Source: Candidatus Kaiserbacteria bacterium
GTDB taxonomy: Bacteria; Patescibacteriota; Minisyncoccia; Phycocordibacterales; Phycocordibacteraceae
Direction of reading: 5' to 3'
Assembly (NCBI GenBank): GCA_027451665.1
Contig: DAIDIW010000002.1
Location: forward strand, 212,254-276,253
DNA: 64,000 nt
This document shows positions 18,644-28,017 of this stretch, piece by piece. The notes under the pieces are model-generated. The model saw nothing but the letters and a program-made list of their open reading frames with translations, did not search any database and was not told the origin of the DNA. Position 1 is the stretch's first letter; the number at the start of each line of letters is the position of its first letter. The position numbers were made by a program, and so were the translations under genes.

Positions 18644-19336
18644 TCACCCCACTTGTGGTGCAGTAGCAAAGACAATGATTTCAGATGGCACCTCCACTAC
18701 CTCGGCCGAGTAGCCCTTCTCGGCAAGGAAGCTCTGTATCGTAGCGAGATACTTTTCGGGAAGATGTGGGTCAATGCCTTGCGAGGCGTAGTCATACATT
18801 CCCTTCACCAATCCGCCCTCAATGTTGTAGCCGTTGGAGATGGAGTAGATGACGAACGACCTCGCGACGCGCACGCTTTCTTCAAGCGCCTGTCGGGTAT
18901 CAAGGTTGGAGGCGTGGATTGCCCGCATAGAAACATATCCGTCGAAACTCTTATCGGGGAACGGCAGATGCTGGATGTCGCCGTGGACGACGCGGACTTC
19001 GGGATGCTTCTCGGAAATCTTTCCGAGCGCCGTATCGCTCAAATCCAGTGCAGTGATTTCAAAGTCCTTGAAGAACGGGATTTCAGCACCGCTATTTGCG
19101 CCAGCGATAAGGACTGACGGCCGTCCTGCACCCTGCACTGACGGCAGCACCTTCTCGACAAGCGCAGTCAGGGCGTCATCAAACTTGTGCTCGGTATCGA
19201 GTGCCCGCGCATCTTTTGCATACTCAAAATCGCCGTATTTCTCATTGAGCCGCGCGACCAGTTCGGGCAGTTTGTCTGACCGATTTGCTTGCGAGATTTG
19301 AGGGGCGGGGTTCTTCTGAAACCAGTTCCAGCGCAT
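18644..19336 (-). CDS. class I SAM-dependent methyltransferase
   Basis: VLIAGANSGAEIPFF...LDLSDTAL...VHGDIQHLPFPDKSFD (motifs I/II/III). Confidence 0.7.
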   Translation of the reverse strand: MRWNWFQKNPAPQISQANRSDKLPELVARLNEKYGDFEYAKDARALDTEHKFDDALTALVEKVLPSVQGAGRPSVLIAGANSGAEIPFFKDFEITALDLSDTALGKISEKHPEVRVVHGDIQHLPFPDKSFDGYVSMRAIHASNLDTRQALEESVRVARSFVIYSISNGYNIEGGLVKGMYDYASQGIDPHLPEKYLATIQSFLAEKGYSAEVVEVPSEIIVFATAPQVG

Positions 19337-19360
19337 ATTACATTCGTATTTATGAAAGTG

Positions 19361-19840
19361 TCAGTCAATGAACCCACCGTGGTATGTGGCACGGTAAAGA
19401 GATTTACCGTTAAGTGAAATCTCCTCCGCGCCGCCGAAACGGTCAAGCTCGCCGTCTACGGCATTGCGATAAAGCCAGCCACCTTCCTGATGCACGGAAG
19501 GGCCGCGCACGGGAATTACGCTGCCGTGTGGTTGCATCAATGCCTTGCGCAGAAAATTGTAAACCTCCTTCTCGCTCGTGGCAGGGTCAAGGATGTAGCC
19601 GTAATAGTTCATCCCCCACACAGGCGTACCGCTCTTGTAGACAATCTCTCCACCGATGAAATCCCGTCCGCCGAAATAAGTGTCGTGGTAGGTGAGGTTG
19701 CCCTGCTCAAAGTGATAATCATCGGAGCGCGGGCGTGATGAAGGGGCTTTAGCGGCGTCCTTATTGGCGTAGGTGCTTTTGTTAGCGGCATCCAAGAAAC
19801 GCGTGAGTTCTTGAAGGTCAAGGGGGTTTGCGGCATCCAT
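19361..19840 (-). CDS. hypothetical protein
   Basis: 159 aa with no recognisable motif. Confidence 0.45.
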   Translation of the reverse strand: MDAANPLDLQELTRFLDAANKSTYANKDAAKAPSSRPRSDDYHFEQGNLTYHDTYFGGRDFIGGEIVYKSGTPVWGMNYYGYILDPATSEKEVYNFLRKALMQPHGSVIPVRGPSVHQEGGWLYRNAVDGELDRFGGAEEISLNGKSLYRATYHGGFID

Positions 19841-19869
19841 AACACCACTTTACCACCACCCGTCGTTTT

Positions 19870-20430
19870 TTATTTACCGAGGTCTACGAGCACTGTGCCA
19901 CCTCCCCAAATGCTGCCGTTGTACTGGAACTGCAAGCCCGTAGCGGTCTTGGGTATTTCAAACCCAACCCAGCCCGTGCGTTTGCTGTTAGCGATAATTG
20001 CGCCGTCTAGCGAGCTGCTCGGGTTTGACAGTTCCTTATCCGTAGCTGTTACCTGATAGCTATTGCCCTGCGCATCGCGGACGAACATCTGCCCTAGCGT
20101 TGTAACGTACTGCTGTGAGGATGACGTGTTTTGGATAGTTATGTTGAGGTCAAGCCACTCGTTGCCCGCGCTCGGAGAAGTAAACTGCCCACCGTCCGAA
20201 TAGCTGACACTGTTGACGGTGATGACCGAGCTGCCGAGCTGGATTTGGTCGCCGACCTTGTAAGTCGTCTGCGCCGTCTGTTGCGCAGGCGCTGCGGCGA
20301 TGCCATTGCTCCCGACCTTCTCGCTTGAAGGCGAGCTGCTCGCGCCGATGATTATGAGTACCACGAGAACCAAGCCCCAGAACCACCATCGTTTATAAAA
20401 CTTCTTCTTTGCTCCTTGTTGATTTTCCAT
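19870..20430 (-). CDS. membrane-anchored DUF4352-like (Ig-like beta-sandwich) protein
   Basis: N-terminal TM WWFWGLVLVVLIIIGA then YKVGDQIQLGSSVITVNSV...EWLDLNITIQN...GWVGFEIP. Confidence 0.5.
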   Translation of the reverse strand: MENQQGAKKKFYKRWWFWGLVLVVLIIIGASSSPSSEKVGSNGIAAAPAQQTAQTTYKVGDQIQLGSSVITVNSVSYSDGGQFTSPSAGNEWLDLNITIQNTSSSQQYVTTLGQMFVRDAQGNSYQVTATDKELSNPSSSLDGAIIANSKRTGWVGFEIPKTATGLQFQYNGSIWGGGTVLVDLGK

Positions 20431-20703
20431 ACGAGCGGCTAATGGATAAATCCAAGGGCGGGTACAGGAAACCCGCCACTAGGAAGGCCTTGCGGCCTCT
20501 ATAGGAGTTTCCCCCTATAACGCGATGAACGCCCTAATGACGGGTTTGCTAGGTTCATCGCGATTTTTGACCATACCTTGCGGCAGAGCGCCACTAGGGT
20601 TAGGTCAGCATCAACCTTTACCGGCTGACGGGTACCATCTTAACACGTCAAAACTCGGCTTTGAAAACAGCTCGAGGAAGCGTAGATTTGAGGCAAAGAT
20701 TCA

Positions 20704-21447
20704 ATGAACCCCGAACAGAAAATCAAGCACGAAATCTGGCTCGTATTACAGCAGCTCAAAGAGGACTATCTGCTTACACCCGAGAATAACTACGCGGTCT
20801 ACGAAATCGCACAAGCCCGCGAGCACCCTAACTTCCCAACGCTTCATAATCAACTCAAAATCCTAAAGAAGCTAGAGCACGATGGAGCACTCAAGATAGT
20901 GCGCAGCTACTACGTAACTCGACGTGGCACGAGCCTCGCGGACGCAGTTGATTTTGGTATGTACCACGACGCAGACCCGAAAGGTATTTTGCTTGGTGTG
21001 CTGTTTCCGAGGTTTGATGAGCTATATGCCGAGTATTCGCAATACAGCGCCGAACCGATAACGCCTGAGATTGAGACAAAAAAGTACGTCATTGAGCTCA
21101 AAGACCGAGGGGTTTGGGTCAATGAATTTCTATTGAGCAGGCCGCACGCTACCGGTAAGAATATGGGCTTCTTTGAGTACGTGTTTGAGCATCCCGACAA
21201 ACTCATCTCACGCGATAGTTTGCCGAAGTTCGTACAACAGGACGTAGCCGCCCGCAGTTTTTCCAAGGTGCTCAATGACCTCGGCTTCAAGGGTGAGATA
21301 CTCAAGGTATTCTTCCCCGAACGGGGTAAAAGTCAGCTGCGGTTCAGAAAGGAAGTCACCTTGAGCCAGCTCGCTAAAAGCGGCATAAATACCGACTTGC
21401 TATTACAGGAGCTACGCCTCGCGCATTTGAAGAGCAGTCCGAAATAG
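20704..21447 (+). CDS. hypothetical protein (possible N-terminal winged-helix)
   Basis: 247 aa. It is the first of five co-directional genes ending in the serine recombinase. Confidence 0.45.
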   Translation: MNPEQKIKHEIWLVLQQLKEDYLLTPENNYAVYEIAQAREHPNFPTLHNQLKILKKLEHDGALKIVRSYYVTRRGTSLADAVDFGMYHDADPKGILLGVLFPRFDELYAEYSQYSAEPITPEIETKKYVIELKDRGVWVNEFLLSRPHATGKNMGFFEYVFEHPDKLISRDSLPKFVQQDVAARSFSKVLNDLGFKGEILKVFFPERGKSQLRFRKEVTLSQLAKSGINTDLLLQELRLAHLKSSPK

Positions 21448-21516
21448 TCCGAAGTCATCCAGTTCAATCCGGAAACCAAGACCGCTTTATTTCAACGACC
21501 ATACTGCCAAGACAGT

Positions 21517-21702
21517 ATGGTCGTTTCTGATGCCCACATCGCCGAGTTCCAAAAACTCTACAGGGAGCATTTTGGCATTGAACTCCCGAAAGCGCAAGCG
21601 CTTGAGAAGAGCATCCGTCTCGTCCGTCTGATTGAAACCGTCAGCCGCGCTCTTGCAAAGGAGCAGGCCGAAATCCCTACCAACCTAATACCACCAACAT
21701 AA
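21517..21702 (+). CDS. small hypothetical protein
   Basis: 61-aa ORF directly abutting the next ORF (stop/start 21702/21704). Confidence 0.3.
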   Translation: MVVSDAHIAEFQKLYREHFGIELPKAQALEKSIRLVRLIETVSRALAKEQAEIPTNLIPPT

Positions 21703-21703
21703 T

Positions 21704-22063
21704 ATGGAAACGCGTGATGATACCCAGCCTGCAACCGAAGAAGATATGAAAGCAACCTTTAAGAGCAGCGAGTGGCAGAAGTTAAAGGTTCTCATTGATG
21801 AGACAGAACAGCAAATGGAAGCGATGAACCTCGTCCCACTCAATAAGGGCGGTGAACAATATATCCGCGACCGCTACCCAATCGCCGTGCTCTATCACCG
21901 AGCTTATCTTCAAGATGTTGCGATGACCGAGTGCAATACGATGCTCACAGAAGAAGAAATCCAAAATATAGGATGCTCCTTCTTTGACGACTTTCCGGAT
22001 GAAATTTGGCTTGCGATTATCGAAGCAGTGAAGTTGGTCGTCAGCGAGCGCAATTCCTCTTGA
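21704..22063 (+). CDS. hypothetical protein
   Basis: 119-aa acidic protein, co-directional. Confidence 0.35.
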   Translation: METRDDTQPATEEDMKATFKSSEWQKLKVLIDETEQQMEAMNLVPLNKGGEQYIRDRYPIAVLYHRAYLQDVAMTECNTMLTEEEIQNIGCSFFDDFPDEIWLAIIEAVKLVVSERNSS

Positions 22064-22112
22064 GCTGCCTCGCAGGGTTCCTTGAAAAACACCGACAACA
22101 ACGAAAACAGCT

Positions 22113-23279
22113 ATGGATACCGTCATCATCAAACTCAATGGGTTCAAAGTCGCCAACATCTCGCTATTCCTGCCAGAACTCAATAAGCGTCGTTTCCAAG
22201 ACCTCTCGCCTACGGAGCGGCAGTCAACGCGTACTTACCTCCGTGCGTTTCGCTTTGAACCACCACACCAAGACGCGTACCTGCCAAAAATAGAGGTTTA
22301 CGAGGCACTGAATGATGACCGTAACGAGCTAACCTACACACTCCAAGCGAGGTTCTCTGTCCCGAAGCTCCTCTACGGCAACAGCGTGCAGGAGGTGAAC
22401 GATAACGACCTTGAACGCGTCATCTATGCTTTTACGAAGGCGCTAACAGGAGCAGGCATTGTCGTCAGTAGCACGACCGTCGCTAATGCTCGCGTTTCGC
22501 AGGTGGACTTCTGCAAAAATATAATCCTGCCACGCGACATACGGATGCAGGAGGTCTTGACCGAGTTGCAGCGCACAGATATCAGCAAAGCGATTGATAT
22601 GACCCAGAAGGAGTACAAGCACGGTGGCCGTACTCTCCACATTTATTCGCAAACCGTGGAGCGTGTCTTTTACGACAAGGTGAACGACGCCACGCGGCCC
22701 AAGGGCAAACGCAAGGATAAAGGGCATATTGAGCGCGAACGCGAAGTGATAGACCGCTATGGGTTAGCGAACCGCGAGATTTTCCGCTACGAGTATCGCT
22801 TGAAGAAAAATCAGGCCGTGAAGCAGAAAGTGAACGCCGCACTTAGGCGACCGTATCCAACAGTCGTTCAACTCAAAGACCTTTTCACGCCCAACCTTTG
22901 CAAAACGATTTTATTGCAATCGTGGCGCGACCTCATCCAACGCCCCGAGAACCAGCTCGCACTTCTCGGCCCAAAGGACGACCTTGCGCTCCTGCAGCAC
23001 ATAATGGGTGGAGCGCGTGAGCAGGGCGCGGTACACAGTATGAACCGTGCTTTCACCTCCTACGGCCTTACACGCGCCATACGCGACCACGGAGCAAAAG
23101 AAGTGCGTAAGGCAGCTGCGGGTTGGAACGCCAACCACGGCGAGCGCCTTACCAAGAAAATGAGAGTTGCGGCCGCACTTACCGAAGGGCTGCCGTATTC
23201 AAATAGTATCGCCGTTGTGTCTGCGTCACTTGAGCAGTTTGAGTACATTTCCCTTTCAACACTTGAAAATGTGGTATAA
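22113..23279 (+). CDS. hypothetical protein, possibly a replication-initiator-like protein of the integrated element
   Basis: 388 aa, placed immediately upstream of the recombinase. The Rep call is from position and size only. No firm motif was recognised. Confidence 0.35.
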   Translation: MDTVIIKLNGFKVANISLFLPELNKRRFQDLSPTERQSTRTYLRAFRFEPPHQDAYLPKIEVYEALNDDRNELTYTLQARFSVPKLLYGNSVQEVNDNDLERVIYAFTKALTGAGIVVSSTTVANARVSQVDFCKNIILPRDIRMQEVLTELQRTDISKAIDMTQKEYKHGGRTLHIYSQTVERVFYDKVNDATRPKGKRKDKGHIEREREVIDRYGLANREIFRYEYRLKKNQAVKQKVNAALRRPYPTVVQLKDLFTPNLCKTILLQSWRDLIQRPENQLALLGPKDDLALLQHIMGGAREQGAVHSMNRAFTSYGLTRAIRDHGAKEVRKAAAGWNANHGERLTKKMRVAAALTEGLPYSNSIAVVSASLEQFEYISLSTLENVV

Positions 23280-23393
23280 TAAACTCGTTGACCCACTTGT
23301 GAGCCGTTTGTCGCCAGAGGTTTTATCATTTATAGATAGCGGGGCGAAAGGGGCGGTCTGCCACTATCTGTATTCCTCTGGTTTACGGCATAA

Positions 23394-25031
23394 GTGGGTC
23401 AACCAGACCGTCCCTTTTGCTATATGAAAACTCACCAAAAAATCAAATACTTCGCCTACCTCCGTAAGTCGTCGGAAGGAAAAGAAAAACAGGCGCTCTC
23501 CATTCCTGCGCAACGTGCCCAGCTTTCAGAGCGCTTCTCTGATTTAGATATTGAGTTTGTGGAAGAGGAACGTAGCGCTTTTCTGCCACTCAATCGGCCG
23601 AGGTTCAGCGATATGCTCCTGCGCGTCCGTAGTGGCGAGCGGCAAGGACTGCTCGCGTGGCATCCCGACCGCCTTTCTCGCAATGAGGTGGATGCGAGCG
23701 CGATTACTTATATGCTCCGCACGGGCGAACTCAAAGACCTCAAGTTTGCCACCTATCATTTTGAGAACAACTCGCCCGAGGGTATTTGGATGTTGCAAAT
23801 GGCACTCTCGCAGTCGCAATACGAGAGCGCGAAGAAGGGGCGCGATGTGAAGCGCGGTACCGCACAGAGCGCAAAGAGCGGTTTTTATCCCGCGCCAGCA
23901 CCTATCGGATACCTCAATGACAAGTTCACCGAGCGTGGAAAGAAAAAGAAGCGCCCCGACCCCGAGCGCTTTGCTCTCACACGCAGACTTTTTGACTTGA
24001 TGCTGACAGGCAACTATACGCCTCCGCAAATCCACGACATAGCCGTAAACGAGTGGGGCTTCCGTGGGCCGAAGGGCCGCAAACTTTCCCGCAGTAGTGT
24101 CTACAACATCTTCACTCGGCCGTTCTATTTCGGCGAGTTCGAGCATCCCGCAGGAAGCGGTATTTGGTATAAAGGCGACCACGAACCGATGATTACCCGC
24201 GAGGAATATGACCGTATCCAGTTCCTGCTTGGGCGTAAGGGTAACCCGCGACCGAAGGAACATAAAGACATCGCTTATCGCGGCCCCATGAAATGCGGCG
24301 AATGCGGAGCAGCGATTACCGCCGAGGAGAAGATGAAAAAGCTCGCCAAGGGCGGTGTCGCACACTATACCTACTACCACTGCACTAAGCGCAAGAACCC
24401 GAACTGCTCGCAGCATTCCATTGAGGAGACAAAGCTGGAAAAGCAAATCGCTAAGGAACTTGGGAAGCTCAAAATCCCCGCTGGCTTTACCGCGTGGGCG
24501 GTCGCGCGGCTGAAAGACCAGAACGCCAAAGAGATTACTGACCGCGAGGTGGTCTACAGCAATCAACGCAAGGAGTACGAGGCATGCGTCCGCAAGATAG
24601 ACAACCTGATTGATATGCGGGCAAACAGCGAGATTGACGAGCAGGAGTTCAGGAGCAGAAAGGAAACGCTTCTCGCCGAAAAGGAACGCACTCAAGCACT
24701 CCTGCTAGACACAGACAAGCGCGTAGAGAATTGGCTTGAGGTCGCAGAGCGCGGCTTCAATTTCGCAGAGAAAGCGCCAGCCGTATTCGCCAAGGCAGCG
24801 GCAGATGAGGACTTTGCGACCTGCAAGGAGATATTTACGGCTCTGGGTTCGAACTACACGCTCATAGACGGAAAGTTGAGCATTTCCTTGGATAATCTGC
24901 TGTTCCCGATACAGGAAATCGCGGATGCAATCTGCGACATTCCCTCTCCGTTAGAACTAGAGAAAAACAAAGGAGATGCAAAGGATTTCGGACAACTCTA
25001 CGCCGAAAATCCACGAGTGCTGGGGGACTAG
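23394..25031 (+). CDS. large serine recombinase (phage/ICE-type integrase)
   Basis: N-terminal resolvase catalytic motif YLRKSSEGKEKQALSIPAQ (Y.R.S....Q). Recombinase domain. Zinc ribbon (KCGECG...YYHCTKRKNPNC). Coiled coil. The stop codon overlaps the 3' end of tRNA-Gln. Confidence 0.8.
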   Translation: MGQPDRPFCYMKTHQKIKYFAYLRKSSEGKEKQALSIPAQRAQLSERFSDLDIEFVEEERSAFLPLNRPRFSDMLLRVRSGERQGLLAWHPDRLSRNEVDASAITYMLRTGELKDLKFATYHFENNSPEGIWMLQMALSQSQYESAKKGRDVKRGTAQSAKSGFYPAPAPIGYLNDKFTERGKKKKRPDPERFALTRRLFDLMLTGNYTPPQIHDIAVNEWGFRGPKGRKLSRSSVYNIFTRPFYFGEFEHPAGSGIWYKGDHEPMITREEYDRIQFLLGRKGNPRPKEHKDIAYRGPMKCGECGAAITAEEKMKKLAKGGVAHYTYYHCTKRKNPNCSQHSIEETKLEKQIAKELGKLKIPAGFTAWAVARLKDQNAKEITDREVVYSNQRKEYEACVRKIDNLIDMRANSEIDEQEFRSRKETLLAEKERTQALLLDTDKRVENWLEVAERGFNFAEKAPAVFAKAAADEDFATCKEIFTALGSNYTLIDGKLSISLDNLLFPIQEIADAICDIPSPLELEKNKGDAKDFGQLYAENPRVLGD

Positions 25032-25090
25032 GATTCGAACCTAGATTGACGGGACCAAAACCCGCTGTCCTACCATTAGACGATCCCCCA
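25020..25090 (-). tRNA. tRNA-Gln (anticodon TTG)
   Basis: The reverse complement folds as a cloverleaf: acceptor TGGGGGA/TCCCCCA, anticodon loop TTTTGGT, T-arm GGTTCGAATCC. It resembles E. coli tRNA-Gln. Confidence 0.8.
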
Positions 25091-25112
25091 ATGTGCGGAC
25101 CTACGCACTCTA

Positions 25113-26156
25113 TCACTCGCCCGGGAAGAGTTCGAGAACGGCAAGCTCAAGCGGAATCGCAGGAATAGGCGCGAAGCGGATGCGCTCCGAGGCATTTAGG
25201 AACGCGAGGAGCGTCTTCTCAGTAATTCCCTTCTCCTTCGCGAATGCTTCGAGTGCACCGAACTCGTCGGGGCCGAGCTCTTGTGCCAAGCTCGCTTTGA
25301 AGTCAGGCGCGTAGCGGATGAGGAGCGTCGAACGAAGAGCTTCGAGGGTAAGCTCGAGAAAGAGCTTCAGGTCTGCCCCGTTCTTCGCGGCTCCTTCGAT
25401 CGCGGTAAGGGCTGCATTACGGTCGCCGTTCGCGAGTGCGGAAATGAGCGCATGGACCTGCGCACGTTTCGGTGCGCCGGTCACCCGCTCGACAAATTCT
25501 CGCATAATTCGCATGCTCCCGAATTCATTTGGATCATATGCGCTCAAGACACGTTGGAGCACCGACAATGCATCACGGTAAGAACCCTCTGCAAGTATTG
25601 CTATGAGCTCGGCAGCGTCCGGAGCAAGCTTGCGCTCTTCTTGCTTCGCCACCTTCGTCACGACGTCGACGAGTCCTGCGCGCGTCGGCTTCTTGAACTC
25701 GAAGACCTGACAGCGACTCTGCACGGTGTCCGGAACACGATCAAGCTCCGTCGTCGCGAGGATAAATACCGCGTAGGGCGGCGGTTCTTCGAGCGTCTTC
25801 AGGAATGCGTTCCACGCGGCTTTCGAGAGCATGTGCACTTCGTCAAGTATGTAGACTTTGTAGGGAGACTCGAACGGGAGCGTATAGACCCCTTCGGTGA
25901 GTGCACGGATATCCTCAACGCTGTTGTTCGAGGCAGCATCTACCTCATAGAGATCATTATTCGAACAGCCGATCTCGCGCGCGAAGATGCGTGCCACGCT
26001 CGTCTTCCCGAGCCCGCGAGTGCCGGCGAAAAGATACGCGTGCCCTATCTTCTTGGCCTTAATGGCCTCGGAGAGCGGTTTCGTCACCTGTTCCTGACCG
26101 ACGACGTCGTCAAACGTCTGCGGACGATACGCGCGATAAAGTGACTCGTGAGCCAT
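25113..26156 (-). CDS. dnaX: DNA polymerase III subunit gamma/tau (short form)
   Basis: HAYLFAGTRGLGKTS Walker A, DEVHML, SRCQ.F box. Confidence 0.85.
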   Translation of the reverse strand: MAHESLYRAYRPQTFDDVVGQEQVTKPLSEAIKAKKIGHAYLFAGTRGLGKTSVARIFAREIGCSNNDLYEVDAASNNSVEDIRALTEGVYTLPFESPYKVYILDEVHMLSKAAWNAFLKTLEEPPPYAVFILATTELDRVPDTVQSRCQVFEFKKPTRAGLVDVVTKVAKQEERKLAPDAAELIAILAEGSYRDALSVLQRVLSAYDPNEFGSMRIMREFVERVTGAPKRAQVHALISALANGDRNAALTAIEGAAKNGADLKLFLELTLEALRSTLLIRYAPDFKASLAQELGPDEFGALEAFAKEKGITEKTLLAFLNASERIRFAPIPAIPLELAVLELFPGE

Positions 26157-26172
26157 TAGCCGACAGTATAGC

Positions 26173-27147
26173 TTACGCGAGGCCCTGCGCGCGGATAGCC
26201 GCCTCGAGCGCCTCGGCGTTCTCCGCCTCCATGAGCTTCGCGCGAATCTCGGCGGCGCCGTCGAACCCGAGGACGAACGCCTTGATGTGCTTTTTCAGGA
26301 TCGCGAAGTTCTTATGCGGGTGGAGCTTCTCGAAATCGTGCGCGAGTTCGATGAGCGCGGAGAGCTTCTCCCGAAGTGGCGTATCCTCCGCCTTACGGCC
26401 GGCGAAGACCCAGGGATTGCCGAACATACCGCGGCCGATCATGACGCCATCGCACCCGGTCTCTGCGACCTTCTGCTTCGCATTGTCGAGGTCCTTCACA
26501 TCGCCATTGCCGATGACGAGCACCGCAGGCGCGAGCCGGTCGCGGATCTCAACCACCTTCTTCATGAGTTCCCAGTTGGCAGGCACTAAGGACATCTCCT
26601 TGCGCGTGCGCAGATGCATGGTAATTGCCACTGGCTTCGCCTCGAGGAGCGCTGGCATCCACGTGTCGAGCTCTTCGCGGTTATATCCCAGGCGCGTCTT
26701 TACGCTTACCGGTAGGTCGCTTGCCTCTTTCGCAGCACGGATGACCGCCTGAGCGACTTCCGGCGTCTTGATCATGCCTGCACCGCAGCCCTGACGCTCA
26801 ATGGCACGATCGGGGCAACCCATATTTATATCAACGCCATCAAAGCCGAGCTCCTTCGCGAGCTTCGTCGCGTAGGCTATGTGCTTCGGGGCGTTCGAGA
26901 AGATCTGCGCGACGATCGGGTGCTCGTCATCCGTAAAGGCGAGGTCGCGCATCAGGGGACTCTCGTGGTCCGTCATCTTTCCTATCTCACGCGTGTGATA
27001 GAGCCCATCTGCGGAAACGAACTCCGTCCAGAAGGCGTGGGGTTTCCCGCACTTGGCGACGAGCTTCCGCCACGCGGGATCAGTGACATCCGCCATGGGA
27101 GCCATGACGAAAAAAGGCCGCGGAAGGCCATTCCAGAACGACTGCAT
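26173..27147 (-). CDS. dus: tRNA-dihydrouridine synthase
   Basis: FVMAPMADVTD...GVDINMGCP... Confidence 0.8.
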   Translation of the reverse strand: MQSFWNGLPRPFFVMAPMADVTDPAWRKLVAKCGKPHAFWTEFVSADGLYHTREIGKMTDHESPLMRDLAFTDDEHPIVAQIFSNAPKHIAYATKLAKELGFDGVDINMGCPDRAIERQGCGAGMIKTPEVAQAVIRAAKEASDLPVSVKTRLGYNREELDTWMPALLEAKPVAITMHLRTRKEMSLVPANWELMKKVVEIRDRLAPAVLVIGNGDVKDLDNAKQKVAETGCDGVMIGRGMFGNPWVFAGRKAEDTPLREKLSALIELAHDFEKLHPHKNFAILKKHIKAFVLGFDGAAEIRAKLMEAENAEALEAAIRAQGLA

Positions 27148-27168
27148 GGGTCCACTATACCAGGAGAT

Positions 27169-28017
27169 TCAATGCTTCGGTTTTACGTAGAGTTTGCCGG
27201 AAAAACGGGCGTCGACATACGCTACAGATCCATCCGCGAGGTTGAACTGTCCCTGTGCCGATTTAAGCGCTGTATACGCACCATTTTCGTTCCCAAGGAG
27301 ATACAGGATGACAGATCCCGAGGCGAGCGTGTCGTCTGCCTCCCCGTCATGGATCGCGATGCTTGTGACCGGCGAACCGAATGCCGAGAGTTCCCGTGCA
27401 AAGTTAAAAGCTGCAGGCAGCGCATCAGCGGCCGCAATCGTCGCGCGTACAGCCTCCGTCGTGGAACTCACGAGCGGCGCATACAGCACGAAGTCGTTCA
27501 GCGTCTCACCAGTCGAGGTGGCAGCGGTCGAGGTGGCAGTCGTCGGCGCACTCGCGTAGATGAAGCCGCTCGGATCGAATAGATAGCAGCTCGGGATGAC
27601 ACCCTGTCCTGGTGGGGTCGTCCCGCACCAGCGCGCGACCGGTGTGCGCGCATCGGCTCGTATTGCGAGCGTATTGAGACCCGCGTGGTACACAGAAACC
27701 GCGGCGATCTCGGGATGCGCTGCAAGTATTGCTCTGCGAATAGCGCCCTCGGGCGGCAGGAGCGTCGTGTCGCGCGGCAGAATCCAGAAATCGCGACCTG
27801 AAAGTGCCGCATCGGCATAGGACGCGAGCGATGGATCTCCGGCGATGACAATTACTGCGCGAATGCGCAGAAAGGGCTGCCAAAGTCCCCAGATAACGCC
27901 TCCCATGATGAGCGCGCACAGTACGCTCAGCGCTATAGCGAGCCGCTTTCGCGCGCGCTTCCGGCGTGCCGCAAGCCGCTCAGTTCCCGGGCTTCGAGAT
28001 AACGTCCTTGCCGACAT
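27169..28017 (-). CDS. ftsQ: FtsQ/DivIB-like cell division protein (TM + POTRA); start uncertain
   Basis: Basic N-terminus, then TM LAIALSVLCALIMGGVIWGLW, then a POTRA-like region IRAVIVIAGDPSLASYADAALSG...LPPEGAIRRAILAAHPEIAAVSVYHAGLNTLAIRADARTPVARW. The track ORF extends to 28104, overlapping serS. Confidence 0.5.
   Translation of the reverse strand: MSARTLSRSPGTERLAARRKRARKRLAIALSVLCALIMGGVIWGLWQPFLRIRAVIVIAGDPSLASYADAALSGRDFWILPRDTTLLPPEGAIRRAILAAHPEIAAVSVYHAGLNTLAIRADARTPVARWCGTTPPGQGVIPSCYLFDPSGFIYASAPTTATSTAATSTGETLNDFVLYAPLVSSTTEAVRATIAAADALPAAFNFARELSAFGSPVTSIAIHDGEADDTLASGSVILYLLGNENGAYTALKSAQGQFNLADGSVAYVDARFSGKLYVKPKH

Noticed and set aside
23544-24695. 383-aa minus-strand ORF
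   Set aside because: It is antisense to the serine recombinase.
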